A DNA stretch of 64,000 nt from an uncultured Fibrobacterota bacterium. GTDB lineage: Bacteria; Fibrobacterota; Chitinivibrionia; Chitinivibrionales; FEN-1185. Below the pieces are notes generated by a model, which was not told the DNA's origin, did not search any database, and saw only the letters and a program-made list of their open reading frames with translations. The stretch covers positions 1 through 64,000 of the forward strand of contig CAVSQB010000025.1 in NCBI GenBank assembly GCA_963729895.1. Reading direction: 5' to 3'. Of the stretch, positions 10,160 through 19,423 are shown piece after piece (position 1 is the first letter of the stretch; each line of letters begins with the position of its first letter). Both the position numbers and the translations under genes were made by a program.

Positions 10160-10651
10160 ATGAAACAGCCTGCGAAAATTCCCTACCTTATCGTACGGTT
10201 TGCAGATGCTGCGGCGGACCAAAAACTGATGCGGCCCGGGAACAACGGCCGGAAAGTGCTGGTCAACGCGCTCCGTCCGCACACGGAAGTTGCCGCCGGA
10301 GACCCGCAGTGGAGAAGCGCGATCCCGCCGCGCAAGACGCCTGTTGTTGAAACGGGGGCAGGCGGCGTTGAAGCGGCCACGTTTTCGCAAACCGCACGGC
10401 AGGACAGGCACAAGCACAAGCGGAGCACCGAATTTTACACCGTGCTTGCGGGTGTCATGCACGTGCGGCTTAACGATGACAAGGCCCACACGCTGCGCGC
10501 CGGGGACGAGCTTGTCGTATTTCCGGGAACCATACATGAGATTCTTTCCAAAGGCGAATTCCTGACCCGGGTGCACTCCATCGGGTGCCGGGGCGCCCGG
10601 GACAAGGTTGTTGAGAAGAACGAAACGCGGGTGAAGGCCTCGCGGTTCTGA
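10160..10651 (+). CDS. Cupin domain protein
   Basis: HKHKRSTEFYTVLAG and GDELVVFPGTIH cupin motifs; ATG at 10160 behind AAGGA. Confidence 0.8.
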   Translation: MKQPAKIPYLIVRFADAAADQKLMRPGNNGRKVLVNALRPHTEVAAGDPQWRSAIPPRKTPVVETGAGGVEAATFSQTARQDRHKHKRSTEFYTVLAGVMHVRLNDDKAHTLRAGDELVVFPGTIHEILSKGEFLTRVHSIGCRGARDKVVEKNETRVKASRF

Positions 10652-10748
10652 TGGAAATCCGCAGTTCCGCGGGGTATCATTAAACGGGCGGTGCCGCCGG
10701 TCCCGTCAACAACCGGCCGTGCGTTCGCCCGGGAAAAACTGCCGATCC

Positions 10749-12005
10749 ATGAATAAAGATGACAAATGGGGACTTGCTTTTTTCCTGTGCGCCGTTGCAC
10801 TCGCCGGCATTGCGGTCTTCATGTTCTACACCCACCCGTATTCGACAAACAAGAGCCTTTACCTGACCATTCTCCCCTGGACCGGGCTTGGTTTTTCGCT
10901 CGCCGCGTTCTTTGCAGGCCATTTTTCCTATCCGAGGGTCCACAATGTAAAGGTTTATCTGGCCGGCTACATAACCGGGCTTTTCGGGATCGCCTACTTC
11001 GTGCTGTACCGGTTTTTCTGGGGGCCGCCTCTTCCCCGTGTGGGCGAGGGGTTTCCCGTTGTGCTCTATGTTCTCATGTTTGTCAACTGCACCGGCATCC
11101 TGTTCCTTTCCCAGGAATTCAAGTACCGCGCGGTGCGGCACATGACGCTTGCCGTGGTGACCGTGGAAAGCGTCATCGTGCTCGTTGCGCGGCTTTCGCC
11201 GCAGGCGACGCATTGGGCGCTTTCGCTCGACGCCCCGACGGTGTGGGACGCACGCTTTTTTGCCGGTGCGCTGCTGTTTTGCGCGGTTGGCGTTGCAAGC
11301 GCCCTGTTTGTCAAGAGGGACTTCTATCTGGGCGGCCTGCTCGCGGGTTGGGCGTTCTTTTTCGCTCCGGCCTGGATTTCGCGGGTGTGGGCGCACGGCA
11401 ACCATTCGCTGGAGATCGTCCTGTTTACGGCCATGCCCGTGTACCTTACCGTGTGCGTCATCATTCACTGGTTCGTACGCATGGAGCACCGGATCCTCTA
11501 CGATCCGCTCCTGCACATCTACAACAGGGACTACTGCAGCAAAATCATTTCGGAGCAGAGCAGTCTCGATACGTCGCCGCCGTTTGCCGTGGCGATGGTC
11601 GACATCGACCATTTCAAGAATGTCAACGACACCTACGGTCACCAGGCGGGCGATCAGGTACTGTATGCCGTTGCCCAGGCAATTCAGCGCGAAGTGGTGC
11701 CCGACGGCACCCTGTGCCGCTATGGCGGCGAGGAAATGGTTGTCTTCTTTCCGCAGAGGAACATCAGAGATGTTGAACCCATCATGGAAGAGGTACGCGC
11801 CTCCATAGAAGCGATGAAGACCAGGACCCGAAAAAAGGCGCTGAGCGTCAAAGTCTCGTGCGGCGTGTCTGCGCGGGAAGACGGATCGCAGAGCATCATC
11901 GACGTGATTCACGCCGCCGACAAAGCGCTCTACAAAGCGAAAAAAGAAGGCCGCAATCAAGTGCGGGTCGCCAGGACCCCAAATGATGCTGCCAGAAAAA
12001 AGTGA
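10749..12005 (+). CDS. Membrane-bound diguanylate cyclase (GGDEF)
   Basis: Multiple TM helices, then DIDHFKNVNDTYGHQAGD and RYGGEEM; no RxxD I-site. Confidence 0.9.
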   Translation: MNKDDKWGLAFFLCAVALAGIAVFMFYTHPYSTNKSLYLTILPWTGLGFSLAAFFAGHFSYPRVHNVKVYLAGYITGLFGIAYFVLYRFFWGPPLPRVGEGFPVVLYVLMFVNCTGILFLSQEFKYRAVRHMTLAVVTVESVIVLVARLSPQATHWALSLDAPTVWDARFFAGALLFCAVGVASALFVKRDFYLGGLLAGWAFFFAPAWISRVWAHGNHSLEIVLFTAMPVYLTVCVIIHWFVRMEHRILYDPLLHIYNRDYCSKIISEQSSLDTSPPFAVAMVDIDHFKNVNDTYGHQAGDQVLYAVAQAIQREVVPDGTLCRYGGEEMVVFFPQRNIRDVEPIMEEVRASIEAMKTRTRKKALSVKVSCGVSAREDGSQSIIDVIHAADKALYKAKKEGRNQVRVARTPNDAARKK

Positions 12006-12144
12006 AGACCAAAGGCCGAAGCCTGGAGCATGCCGGCTTCAGCGCCTGTCAACAACCTTCAATCTGGGATCTTTGCTCCTGAATTCTTTGATCTCCTCCC
12101 GCAGAAACGTATTTTAAGTGATATTTTTTTTGGGAGACCACGAA

Positions 12145-13359
12145 ATGCTTCATACCCTTGGCGGACCGTATTTGTGGACTCGCATACTCCTCGCATTCTG
12201 CGGTGCGGTGATTGCCGGGTCGTTGGTGAGCACCCTTTTTACGGTGCTGTACCAGCGATTTCTTTACAAGAGACTATACCGGCCCCGGTACGACCCCTCC
12301 TTTCACCCGAGATGCGCCGTGATCGTTCCGTGTAAAGGCGGCGCCACGAAGAACTTTGAGGAAAATGTGCGGTCGTTCCTCGGATTTTCCTATGACAACT
12401 ATGAAGTTATCTTCACGGTCGAAAGCGATTCCGACGGCGCAGTCCCAAAGATACAAACCGTTATTGCGGGCATTCCCAAAGCCTCGCTCGTGATTGCCGG
12501 CTTGTCCACGGCCTGCGCGCAGAAGAACTTCAACCAGCTTGCGGCTGTCAAGATGGCGAAAGACCCGGACGTGTATGTGTTCGCAGACGTCGACATTTCG
12601 CCGCGGCCGGAATGGCTTTCCGAAATTATTCTCCCTTTGTCGAGCCCCGATATTTCCGTCACCACGGGATTCCGCTGGTTGCATGCGGAACGCGGCACGC
12701 TTGGGCAACAGGCCCACTTCTACATGAATTCCTTTCTGTACACGATATATTGCACTGCGTCGTTTATCGGCAGCGTGGGGTTGTGGGGAGGGTCGATGGC
12801 CATACGCAGGAAGGATTTTGAGGACTTCGGCGTTGCCGCACGGTGGTCCGAAACGGTGGTAGACGACAGCAGCCTATCCCAGATCATAAAGAAGCGCAAG
12901 AAAAAATCGATTCTCGTGTCCACATGCATTACACACACCGACGACCTCATCGACAGCGTGAGGGACGCCACTCACTGGTTCGAACGCCAGATGATGTTTC
13001 TCAAACTGTACCAGAGAAGCCTGTGGATTGCGGCCATGCCGGTCATCTTTATCACCTTTGCCACGCTTGTATGGCTCCCGGTGGCGGTCGCCATCGGCCT
13101 TTTTACGCCGGTGTCGTTCTTTGCGGTGGGCGGCGGGGCGTCCGTGGTGATGTTGGCGGGGAAATTCGCCGTCGACCTCATGTATCCGGCGCTTGGGTCC
13201 ATGCCTCGGCTGATCTCCTTTATGGTTCTTCAGCCGGCGGCGCTCTGCATCTTCCTGATCAGCTGTCTTTGCACTGCCTTCACAAATACAATAGTTTGGA
13301 GCGGCATCAAGTACCATTTATCATTCTCCGGTAAAGTAACAAGTCTGGAACGGCTCTAG
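12145..13359 (+). CDS. GT2/GT21 glycosyltransferase (ceramide glucosyltransferase/HpnI-like)
   Basis: N-terminal TM; IVPCKG, FADVD, WGGSMAIRR, VDD and RQMM motifs; C-terminal TMs. Confidence 0.85.
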   Translation: MLHTLGGPYLWTRILLAFCGAVIAGSLVSTLFTVLYQRFLYKRLYRPRYDPSFHPRCAVIVPCKGGATKNFEENVRSFLGFSYDNYEVIFTVESDSDGAVPKIQTVIAGIPKASLVIAGLSTACAQKNFNQLAAVKMAKDPDVYVFADVDISPRPEWLSEIILPLSSPDISVTTGFRWLHAERGTLGQQAHFYMNSFLYTIYCTASFIGSVGLWGGSMAIRRKDFEDFGVAARWSETVVDDSSLSQIIKKRKKKSILVSTCITHTDDLIDSVRDATHWFERQMMFLKLYQRSLWIAAMPVIFITFATLVWLPVAVAIGLFTPVSFFAVGGGASVVMLAGKFAVDLMYPALGSMPRLISFMVLQPAALCIFLISCLCTAFTNTIVWSGIKYHLSFSGKVTSLERL

Positions 13360-13360
13360 T

Positions 13361-13978
13361 ATGAACGTTGCTGTCTTCGCATCGGGCGGCGGGAGCAATT
13401 TTCAGGCGATCATCGACCGCGTTGAGTCGGGCGATCTTCACTGCACGCTTGCTCTGTGCGTAGGGAACAACGGCGCGGCCACAGCGTTCGAACGGGCGAA
13501 AAAGCACGGCATTCCGGTGTGCCACATCGCGCCGTCCCATTTTTCAACGCCGCAGGCATACGAAGACGCTCTGCTCGCCGCGCTTCGGGGCCGCTTTATA
13601 GACTTCATCGCGCTTGCGGGGTACATGAAGAAAATCCCGCTGTCTCTTATCAAGGCATTTCCCGGCCGCATCATCAATATCCATCCCGGGCTTCTTCCCG
13701 CGTTCGGCGGCGCGGGTCTGTACGGCGAGAAAGTGCATCAGGCAGTGCTCGACTACGGGGCGAAGCTATCCGGCATCACCATCCATTTCGTTGACGAAGA
13801 GTACGATCACGGCCCCATCATCTTTCAGGCGGCGGTGGCCGTGCTCGACACCGACGACGCGCACACGCTTGCCGCCCGCGTGCTGGCGCTGGAACACGCA
13901 AGCTATTGGAAAGCACTCGAGGCGATTGCACAAGGCCGCCTCACCGTACAAGGCCGCAGGGTATATGGCACGGTTTGA
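13361..13978 (+). CDS. purN: Phosphoribosylglycinamide formyltransferase
   Basis: ASGGGSNFQAI, LAGYMK, INIHPGLLP, HFVDEEYDHGPII motifs. Confidence 0.97.
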   Translation: MNVAVFASGGGSNFQAIIDRVESGDLHCTLALCVGNNGAATAFERAKKHGIPVCHIAPSHFSTPQAYEDALLAALRGRFIDFIALAGYMKKIPLSLIKAFPGRIINIHPGLLPAFGGAGLYGEKVHQAVLDYGAKLSGITIHFVDEEYDHGPIIFQAAVAVLDTDDAHTLAARVLALEHASYWKALEAIAQGRLTVQGRRVYGTV

Positions 13979-14651
13979 CACGAACGCATTATACGCGTTT
14001 GACACTCTCGCGCAGTTGGAGCGCGGCTGCCGCGTCGTCGGGCTCGACGAAGCCGGCCGCGGTCCCCTTGCCGGACCGGTGGTGGCGGCCGCGGTAATGC
14101 TCGACTTGGGCGATCCGATCGACGGCATCTTCGATTCCAAACAACTCTCGCCTGTCAAACGGGAACTGCTGTACGGCCGCATCACGGCCCGGGCGGTTGC
14201 CTGGTCGCAGGCCGCGGCATCCGTTGAGGAAATCGAGGAGCTCAATATCCTGCAGGCAAGCCTGCTTGCCATGCGGCGCGCACTTATGGGCATCAACGCC
14301 CCGTGGTCGCTTGCGTTGGTCGACGGAAACCAGGGTATTCCCGCGCTTCCCGGGGAACGCCAGCGCACGGTGGTTGCGGGCGACGCAAAGAGCGCTTCCA
14401 TTGCCGCGGCCTCGATTATCGCCAAGGTAACGCGCGACAGGATCATGGCCGAATACAACGGGCACTATCCAGGGTACGAATTTTCACTTCACAAAGGTTA
14501 CGGCACCGCCCTGCACAGGGACAGGATCAAAAAACTCGGGCTGTGCCCCATCCACCGCAGGAGTTTCTGCGCCGGCATAATTGCGCAAACGGAACCTCAT
14601 CTCCTGCAGGCGGCGGATGCACCGCCAACATCGCACGAGGATGGTGCATGA
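13965..14651 (+). CDS. rnhB: Ribonuclease HII
   Basis: GLDEAGRGPLAGPVVAAAV, DSKQLS, VDGN, IAAASIIAKVTRD, HKGYGT, HRRSF. Confidence 0.96.
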   Translation: MARFDTNALYAFDTLAQLERGCRVVGLDEAGRGPLAGPVVAAAVMLDLGDPIDGIFDSKQLSPVKRELLYGRITARAVAWSQAAASVEEIEELNILQASLLAMRRALMGINAPWSLALVDGNQGIPALPGERQRTVVAGDAKSASIAAASIIAKVTRDRIMAEYNGHYPGYEFSLHKGYGTALHRDRIKKLGLCPIHRRSFCAGIIAQTEPHLLQAADAPPTSHEDGA

Positions 14652-14699
14652 ACATTCGTGTCGCCCGTCGGAAAAATCCGCAACCGTAAGGAAGTGCCC

Positions 14700-16007
14700 A
14701 TGGCAGAGATTCGACCGTTTGCCGGTTACCGGTATGCACTGGATAAGCCAGAAGATCTGGGACGGTTTGTTGCCCCGCCGTACGACATGATCGACACGGC
14801 AGCCGTTTCCACATTGTACGAAAAGGACCCGGTAAACGTGGTGCGGGTCATCCAGAACAGGAAGCAACCGTCCGACACCGAGAACAGGGACCGCCACCAC
14901 CGCGCCGCCTCGCTTCTCAACGATTGGATCGCCTCCGGCGTGCTTGCCAAAGATCCTCAGGAGTCCTTGTACGTATATCGCCACGAGTTTACGGTGAAAC
15001 AAGGGAGCGTAACCGTGCCGTACAAGCGGACCGCGGTTATTGCTCTTGTCAAGCTCGTAGACTATGACCAGGGTACCATTTTGCCCCACGAGCACACCCT
15101 TTCGGGTCCCAAGCTCGACCGGTACGAGCTTCTGTCGGCCACGCGGACCCATTCGGAGCTGATTTTCGGGCTGGCACCGGACGACGGCGCGCTGTACCGC
15201 ATCATCACTTCGTGCGCGCAGGGAGCCGCGGTGGGCACGTTTGAATCCGAGGGCGGGGTGCGGCACTCGCTCTTTCGTACCGCAGACCCGGGCGCCATCG
15301 CCCCGGTGGTGCATGCCCTGGCGGGCAGGAAGGTGCTTATTGCCGACGGTCACCACCGGTACGAGACCGCGCTCACCTTCTTCCGCGACACGGGCAATCC
15401 CGCGCATGCGTATGTGGTGATGGCGCTCGTGTCAATGGCGGACCCGGGGCTCGTGATCCGGCCGTTTCACCGCCTCCTCCGCACGTCGCCGGGCACCCTC
15501 GGTTCGCCCCTGCACGCGGCCCTTGCACAATTCTTTGATGTTAATGATCGCGGCCCCGCGTCGCGTGCCGCGGTCCAGGGGTTTCTCCAGGGAGTAGGCG
15601 GCGGCGAAATGCTGCTGCTCGATTCAACGGACAAGAAACTCTACGGGCTCACCCTGAATGCCGCAGGAGACGCCTATCTGGCAAGCAACCCGCACGGCAG
15701 GTCGGGGCTGTGGAACCGGCTCGACGTCTCGAAAATCAATTCAATTGTCGTCAACAAGCTCCTGTCGCTGCCCCTCGACGGCACCGTGCTTCACGACGTT
15801 ATCGACTATGTCAATGACGCCGAAGAGGCCTTCAACGAGGCCATGGACTCCCGCGGTTCCTTCCGGGGCGTGTTCTTTTTGCGGCCGCTCGACATCGCAA
15901 CAGTCAATGCAATCGTGTCGGGCGGAGAACGCATGCCGCAGAAGTCGACCAACTTCTACCCCAAATTCTTCTCGGGCCTCGTCTTTAACAGGCTGGAGAA
16001 CGGGTGA
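14700..16007 (+). CDS. DUF1015 family protein
   Basis: IRPFAG, APPYD, PHEHT, IADGHHRYETA, MPQKSTNFYPK. Confidence 0.9.
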   Translation: MAEIRPFAGYRYALDKPEDLGRFVAPPYDMIDTAAVSTLYEKDPVNVVRVIQNRKQPSDTENRDRHHRAASLLNDWIASGVLAKDPQESLYVYRHEFTVKQGSVTVPYKRTAVIALVKLVDYDQGTILPHEHTLSGPKLDRYELLSATRTHSELIFGLAPDDGALYRIITSCAQGAAVGTFESEGGVRHSLFRTADPGAIAPVVHALAGRKVLIADGHHRYETALTFFRDTGNPAHAYVVMALVSMADPGLVIRPFHRLLRTSPGTLGSPLHAALAQFFDVNDRGPASRAAVQGFLQGVGGGEMLLLDSTDKKLYGLTLNAAGDAYLASNPHGRSGLWNRLDVSKINSIVVNKLLSLPLDGTVLHDVIDYVNDAEEAFNEAMDSRGSFRGVFFLRPLDIATVNAIVSGGERMPQKSTNFYPKFFSGLVFNRLENG

Positions 16008-17059
16008 AATTCTCACGCGCCGTTCAGTGGATCCTGGGGACATGCCTCGCCTCGGCCGGGCTCCTCATATTTTTTCGGAACGTGGACCCGCACAGGCTCG
16101 CGCATCAGCTTTCGCGCACGAACCCGCTTGCGCTTGCCGCGTGCGCGGGGCTCTCGGTATGCACGCTGTGGTTCCGCACCCTCAGGTGGAACATCATGCT
16201 GCCCTCGCCGCCAATGTCGCACAAAAAACAACTGTTTCCCATCGTCACCATCGCGTTCATGATCAACAACATCCTGCCCGCGCGTATGGGCGAGGCTGCG
16301 CGGGCCGTGCTCCTCTGGCGCAGGAACGGGTTCAGCGCGGCTGTCAGCATCGGGTCACTTATCCTGGAACGGGGAATCGATGTGCTCGCGCTGAGCGCCA
16401 GTTTCTTCGTGCCGGTATTCTGCGCGCCGCTGATGCGGCCCGGAAGCGGTCTCACCTCAACGGCATCTGTTTACAAAACAGTAACGCTGCAATCCTGCGC
16501 GATCGTGCTGTCGGCCGGCGTGGCAGTTGCCGTCGGCCTCTTTGTCGCGTATTCGCTGTTCCCCGTTTTGGTCCGGCGGATGTTTACCGTGTGCCTTAAA
16601 ATTGCGCCCGCGCGGGCGCATCCGAGGATACAACGCATCGGTCTGGACATCGCCTCGACCCTCGATTGGACGTTTTCCGCTCCCAAGGCTGCCGCCGTGG
16701 CGGCACTGTCGGTGTGCATCGTGCTCTGCTACGGACTCATGGTCGTCATATTGACAAAAGAAACCGGCTTTGGCATTCTGCAGGGCCTCTTTGCCCAGGC
16801 GTTTGCGGCGCTCGGCGCGGCCATCCCCCTCGCGCCTGGGTATGTCGGCACGCTCCACGCCGTGATGCTTGAAGGCCTGGTTCTCTGCGGGACGGCGCGG
16901 GACAAGGCGCAGGCGGTGACCATACTGTTTCATGCGGTGCCGTACATTACCGTCACGCTCCTCGGGTTGTATTATTTTTTCAGCATGAACATTACCTTCA
17001 GGGATATCTCCGAGGCGGAAAAGTCAATCGAGAAAGAAGACCAGGCTGCACATGAATGA
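16004..17059 (+). CDS. Lysylphosphatidylglycerol-synthase TM / flippase-like membrane protein (UPF0104)
   Basis: RTLRW, NNILPARMGEAAR, ERGID, PLAPGYVGT motifs; multiple TMs. Confidence 0.88.
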   Translation: MKFSRAVQWILGTCLASAGLLIFFRNVDPHRLAHQLSRTNPLALAACAGLSVCTLWFRTLRWNIMLPSPPMSHKKQLFPIVTIAFMINNILPARMGEAARAVLLWRRNGFSAAVSIGSLILERGIDVLALSASFFVPVFCAPLMRPGSGLTSTASVYKTVTLQSCAIVLSAGVAVAVGLFVAYSLFPVLVRRMFTVCLKIAPARAHPRIQRIGLDIASTLDWTFSAPKAAAVAALSVCIVLCYGLMVVILTKETGFGILQGLFAQAFAALGAAIPLAPGYVGTLHAVMLEGLVLCGTARDKAQAVTILFHAVPYITVTLLGLYYFFSMNITFRDISEAEKSIEKEDQAAHE

Positions 17060-18029
17060 CAAAGAGCTGCTGACAGACTTACAAACGGCAACCGCGGCCA
17101 TCAAGGCCGAATTGGCCAGGCAGGTTGTTGGGCAAACCGGCGTGATACACGACCTTCTTGCGTGTCTTCTTGCAGGCGGGCATTGTCTGCTCGTGGGCGT
17201 GCCGGGGCTTGCCAAGACCACGCTTATCAGGTGCATCGGCCAGTGCCTCTCCCTCAAATTCAACCGCATCCAGTTCACGCCCGACCTCATGCCGTCCGAC
17301 ATCACCGGCTCCGAGATCCTGTACGAAGACAGGGCAAGCGGCATCCGCGAGTTCAGATTTGTAAAGGGACCGATCTTCTCGAATATCGTTCTTGCCGATG
17401 AGATCAACCGCACTCCGCCCAAGACCCAATCGGCGCTTTTGCAGGCGATGCAGGAGCGGGAAGTAACCTCGTCGGGAGTCACATTCGAGCTTCCCTCCCC
17501 GTTCTGGGTGCTCGCGACCCAGAACCCCATCGAGCAGGAAGGCACGTATCCTTTGCCCGAGGCCCAGCAGGACAGGTTCATGTTCGCCGTAGAAATCGAT
17601 TACCCTTCTTTGTCCGAAGAGATCAAGATCGCCGGAACCACCACCCTGTTGCGCGCCCAACCTCTCTCAACGGTTCTTGACGGCCCGCAGGTGGAACGGT
17701 TCCGCAGCCTTGTGTGGCGGGTGCCTGTTGCGGATTCGGTGATCCAGTACGCAGTAAAGCTCGCGCGGTCCACAAGGCCCGCAAGCGCCGAATGCCCCAA
17801 AGACCTTCGGCAGTTCATTACCTGGGGAGCAGGGCCGCGGGCATCCCAGTACCTTGTGCTGGCGGCAAAAGCCTATGCCGCGCTCGACGGAAGGCCCACG
17901 CCGGACATAAACGATGTCAAGCGAGCTGCGCCGTGCGTGCTGCGGCATCGCATCGTGAGATCGTTCAACGCCGAGACGGAAGGAATGGGAGCAAACGAGA
18001 TCGTGACCCGCTTGCTTACGGATTTGTGA
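17052..18029 (+). CDS. moxR: MoxR-family AAA+ ATPase
   Basis: GVPGLAKT Walker A, RIQFTPDLMPSDITG, LADEINRTPPKTQSALL, ATQNPIEQEGTYPLPEAQQDRF. Confidence 0.95.
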   Translation: MNDKELLTDLQTATAAIKAELARQVVGQTGVIHDLLACLLAGGHCLLVGVPGLAKTTLIRCIGQCLSLKFNRIQFTPDLMPSDITGSEILYEDRASGIREFRFVKGPIFSNIVLADEINRTPPKTQSALLQAMQEREVTSSGVTFELPSPFWVLATQNPIEQEGTYPLPEAQQDRFMFAVEIDYPSLSEEIKIAGTTTLLRAQPLSTVLDGPQVERFRSLVWRVPVADSVIQYAVKLARSTRPASAECPKDLRQFITWGAGPRASQYLVLAAKAYAALDGRPTPDINDVKRAAPCVLRHRIVRSFNAETEGMGANEIVTRLLTDL

Positions 18030-18082
18030 GACAATTTCTTCCGGAGTGACGGCTTTCCGCTCGCGCAAACCGGTCACACACA

Positions 18083-18112
18083 AAGAGGCCGGACACAGGT
18101 GTCCGGCCTCTT
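18083..18112. terminator. Strong hairpin downstream of moxR (likely terminator)
   Basis: AAGAGGCCGGACAC-AG-GTGTCCGGCCTCTT, perfect 14-bp arms. Confidence 0.6.
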
Positions 18113-18520
18113 GCAGAACCAGGGGGGCCTCGTTGAAAACGCCGCACTTCCTCCCTCCCCAACGCCGATACCCATGAGAGGGTACTTCTCATTGTACCGC
18201 CAAAAGATGGGTTTGTCAAGGGTGTTTCGGCACGCCGCGTGATAAAGCGCGATGTGTGATAGCCGTCACAGCGCCGCATCCGACGGGACGGTATTTTTCA
18301 TGGGAAGGTCGACGTGCAGGTTTTCGCACTCTTTAATCCCGGTTCTTTCAGCTTTCGCCGGCAGGAAATTCATGTTCATGGGGGTCTCTAATGCCAAAAC
18401 GCGTGGAATTTCAAGCTTTCTTCTGCGGATTCCGTTTCGCCTTGACGCGGCGCGTGAGGTCACCTATTTTTCTTTCGGTTTTTGGCGGTTGTCATGGAAG
18501 AGCATGAAAAGGGGAACGCC

Positions 18521-19399
18521 TTGAAAAAAAATCCGTGGTTATTCCTGCTTTGCGTTTTTCTGCCTCTGTTCGCTCAGGAAAAGAAGCTGAATATTGCGAT
18601 TTCGGACCTTTCGGGTCAGGGCATTGAACAGTCGTCGACTGCAATCATCTCCGACCGGCTGCGCACCGAGCTGTTCAAGCAGGGCGGTTTTACGGTTCTC
18701 GAACGCAATGCGATGCAGGACATCCTCAAGGAGCAGGGATTTCAGCAGAGCGGTTGCACGTCCGATGCATGCGCAGTGGAGATCGGGCAGCTGCTTGGCG
18801 TATCCTATATCGTGATCGGCACCGTCGGCAAACTCGGGCATCTTTTTACCATCGATGTCAGAATGATCGAAGTTTCAACGGCAAAGATCATTTATTCCGA
18901 GAATGTCGATTGCGATTGTCCTATTGAGAAGGTGCTGACAAGTTCTGTTGTCTCGATTGCCAAGAAGATATCCGACAACCTGAAGTCCCAGACTGCGCAG
19001 GCATCCGAAGCAGCCAAGGTTTTGAATAACCAACAGGCAACGGCGGCGGCCCCATCCATTGGCGACACCGCGGCTGGCGGCACAAAGAAGCCGGTGCAAC
19101 CGACCACAAGTCCTGCGCGGAAAAAGAGTCCGGTCCTCAAGATAACGTTCGGCGCCGTGACGGTTGTTGCTGCGGGTGCGGGCTATGCATTTAATACTAT
19201 GGTCACAGGCAAGATAAACGATAATGCGAGCCTTAAGGCCCAGTACCAGTCACAGCCGGGCAATTCGCAGTATGCGGTGTACGCCGGCCAGATATCCGAT
19301 AACAACAAGAGCGCTAACACCTACCAGAATCTGCGGAACGCCGGCTACGTTCTTGCTCTGCTCGGGCTGGCGGGATTCGGAGTTTCATTTTTCTTTTAA
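18521..19399 (+). CDS. CsgG/HfaB-like domain protein with C-terminal hydrophobic helices
   Basis: Signal peptide; FTVLERNAMQDILKEQGFQQSGCTSDACAVEIGQLLGV...GTVGKLG motif; linker; two hydrophobic segments, ends SFFF. TTG start inferred. Confidence 0.8.
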   Translation: MKKNPWLFLLCVFLPLFAQEKKLNIAISDLSGQGIEQSSTAIISDRLRTELFKQGGFTVLERNAMQDILKEQGFQQSGCTSDACAVEIGQLLGVSYIVIGTVGKLGHLFTIDVRMIEVSTAKIIYSENVDCDCPIEKVLTSSVVSIAKKISDNLKSQTAQASEAAKVLNNQQATAAAPSIGDTAAGGTKKPVQPTTSPARKKSPVLKITFGAVTVVAAGAGYAFNTMVTGKINDNASLKAQYQSQPGNSQYAVYAGQISDNNKSANTYQNLRNAGYVLALLGLAGFGVSFFF

Positions 19400-19423
19400 T
19401 AAGTTCATCCCTCTATTAAAGAA

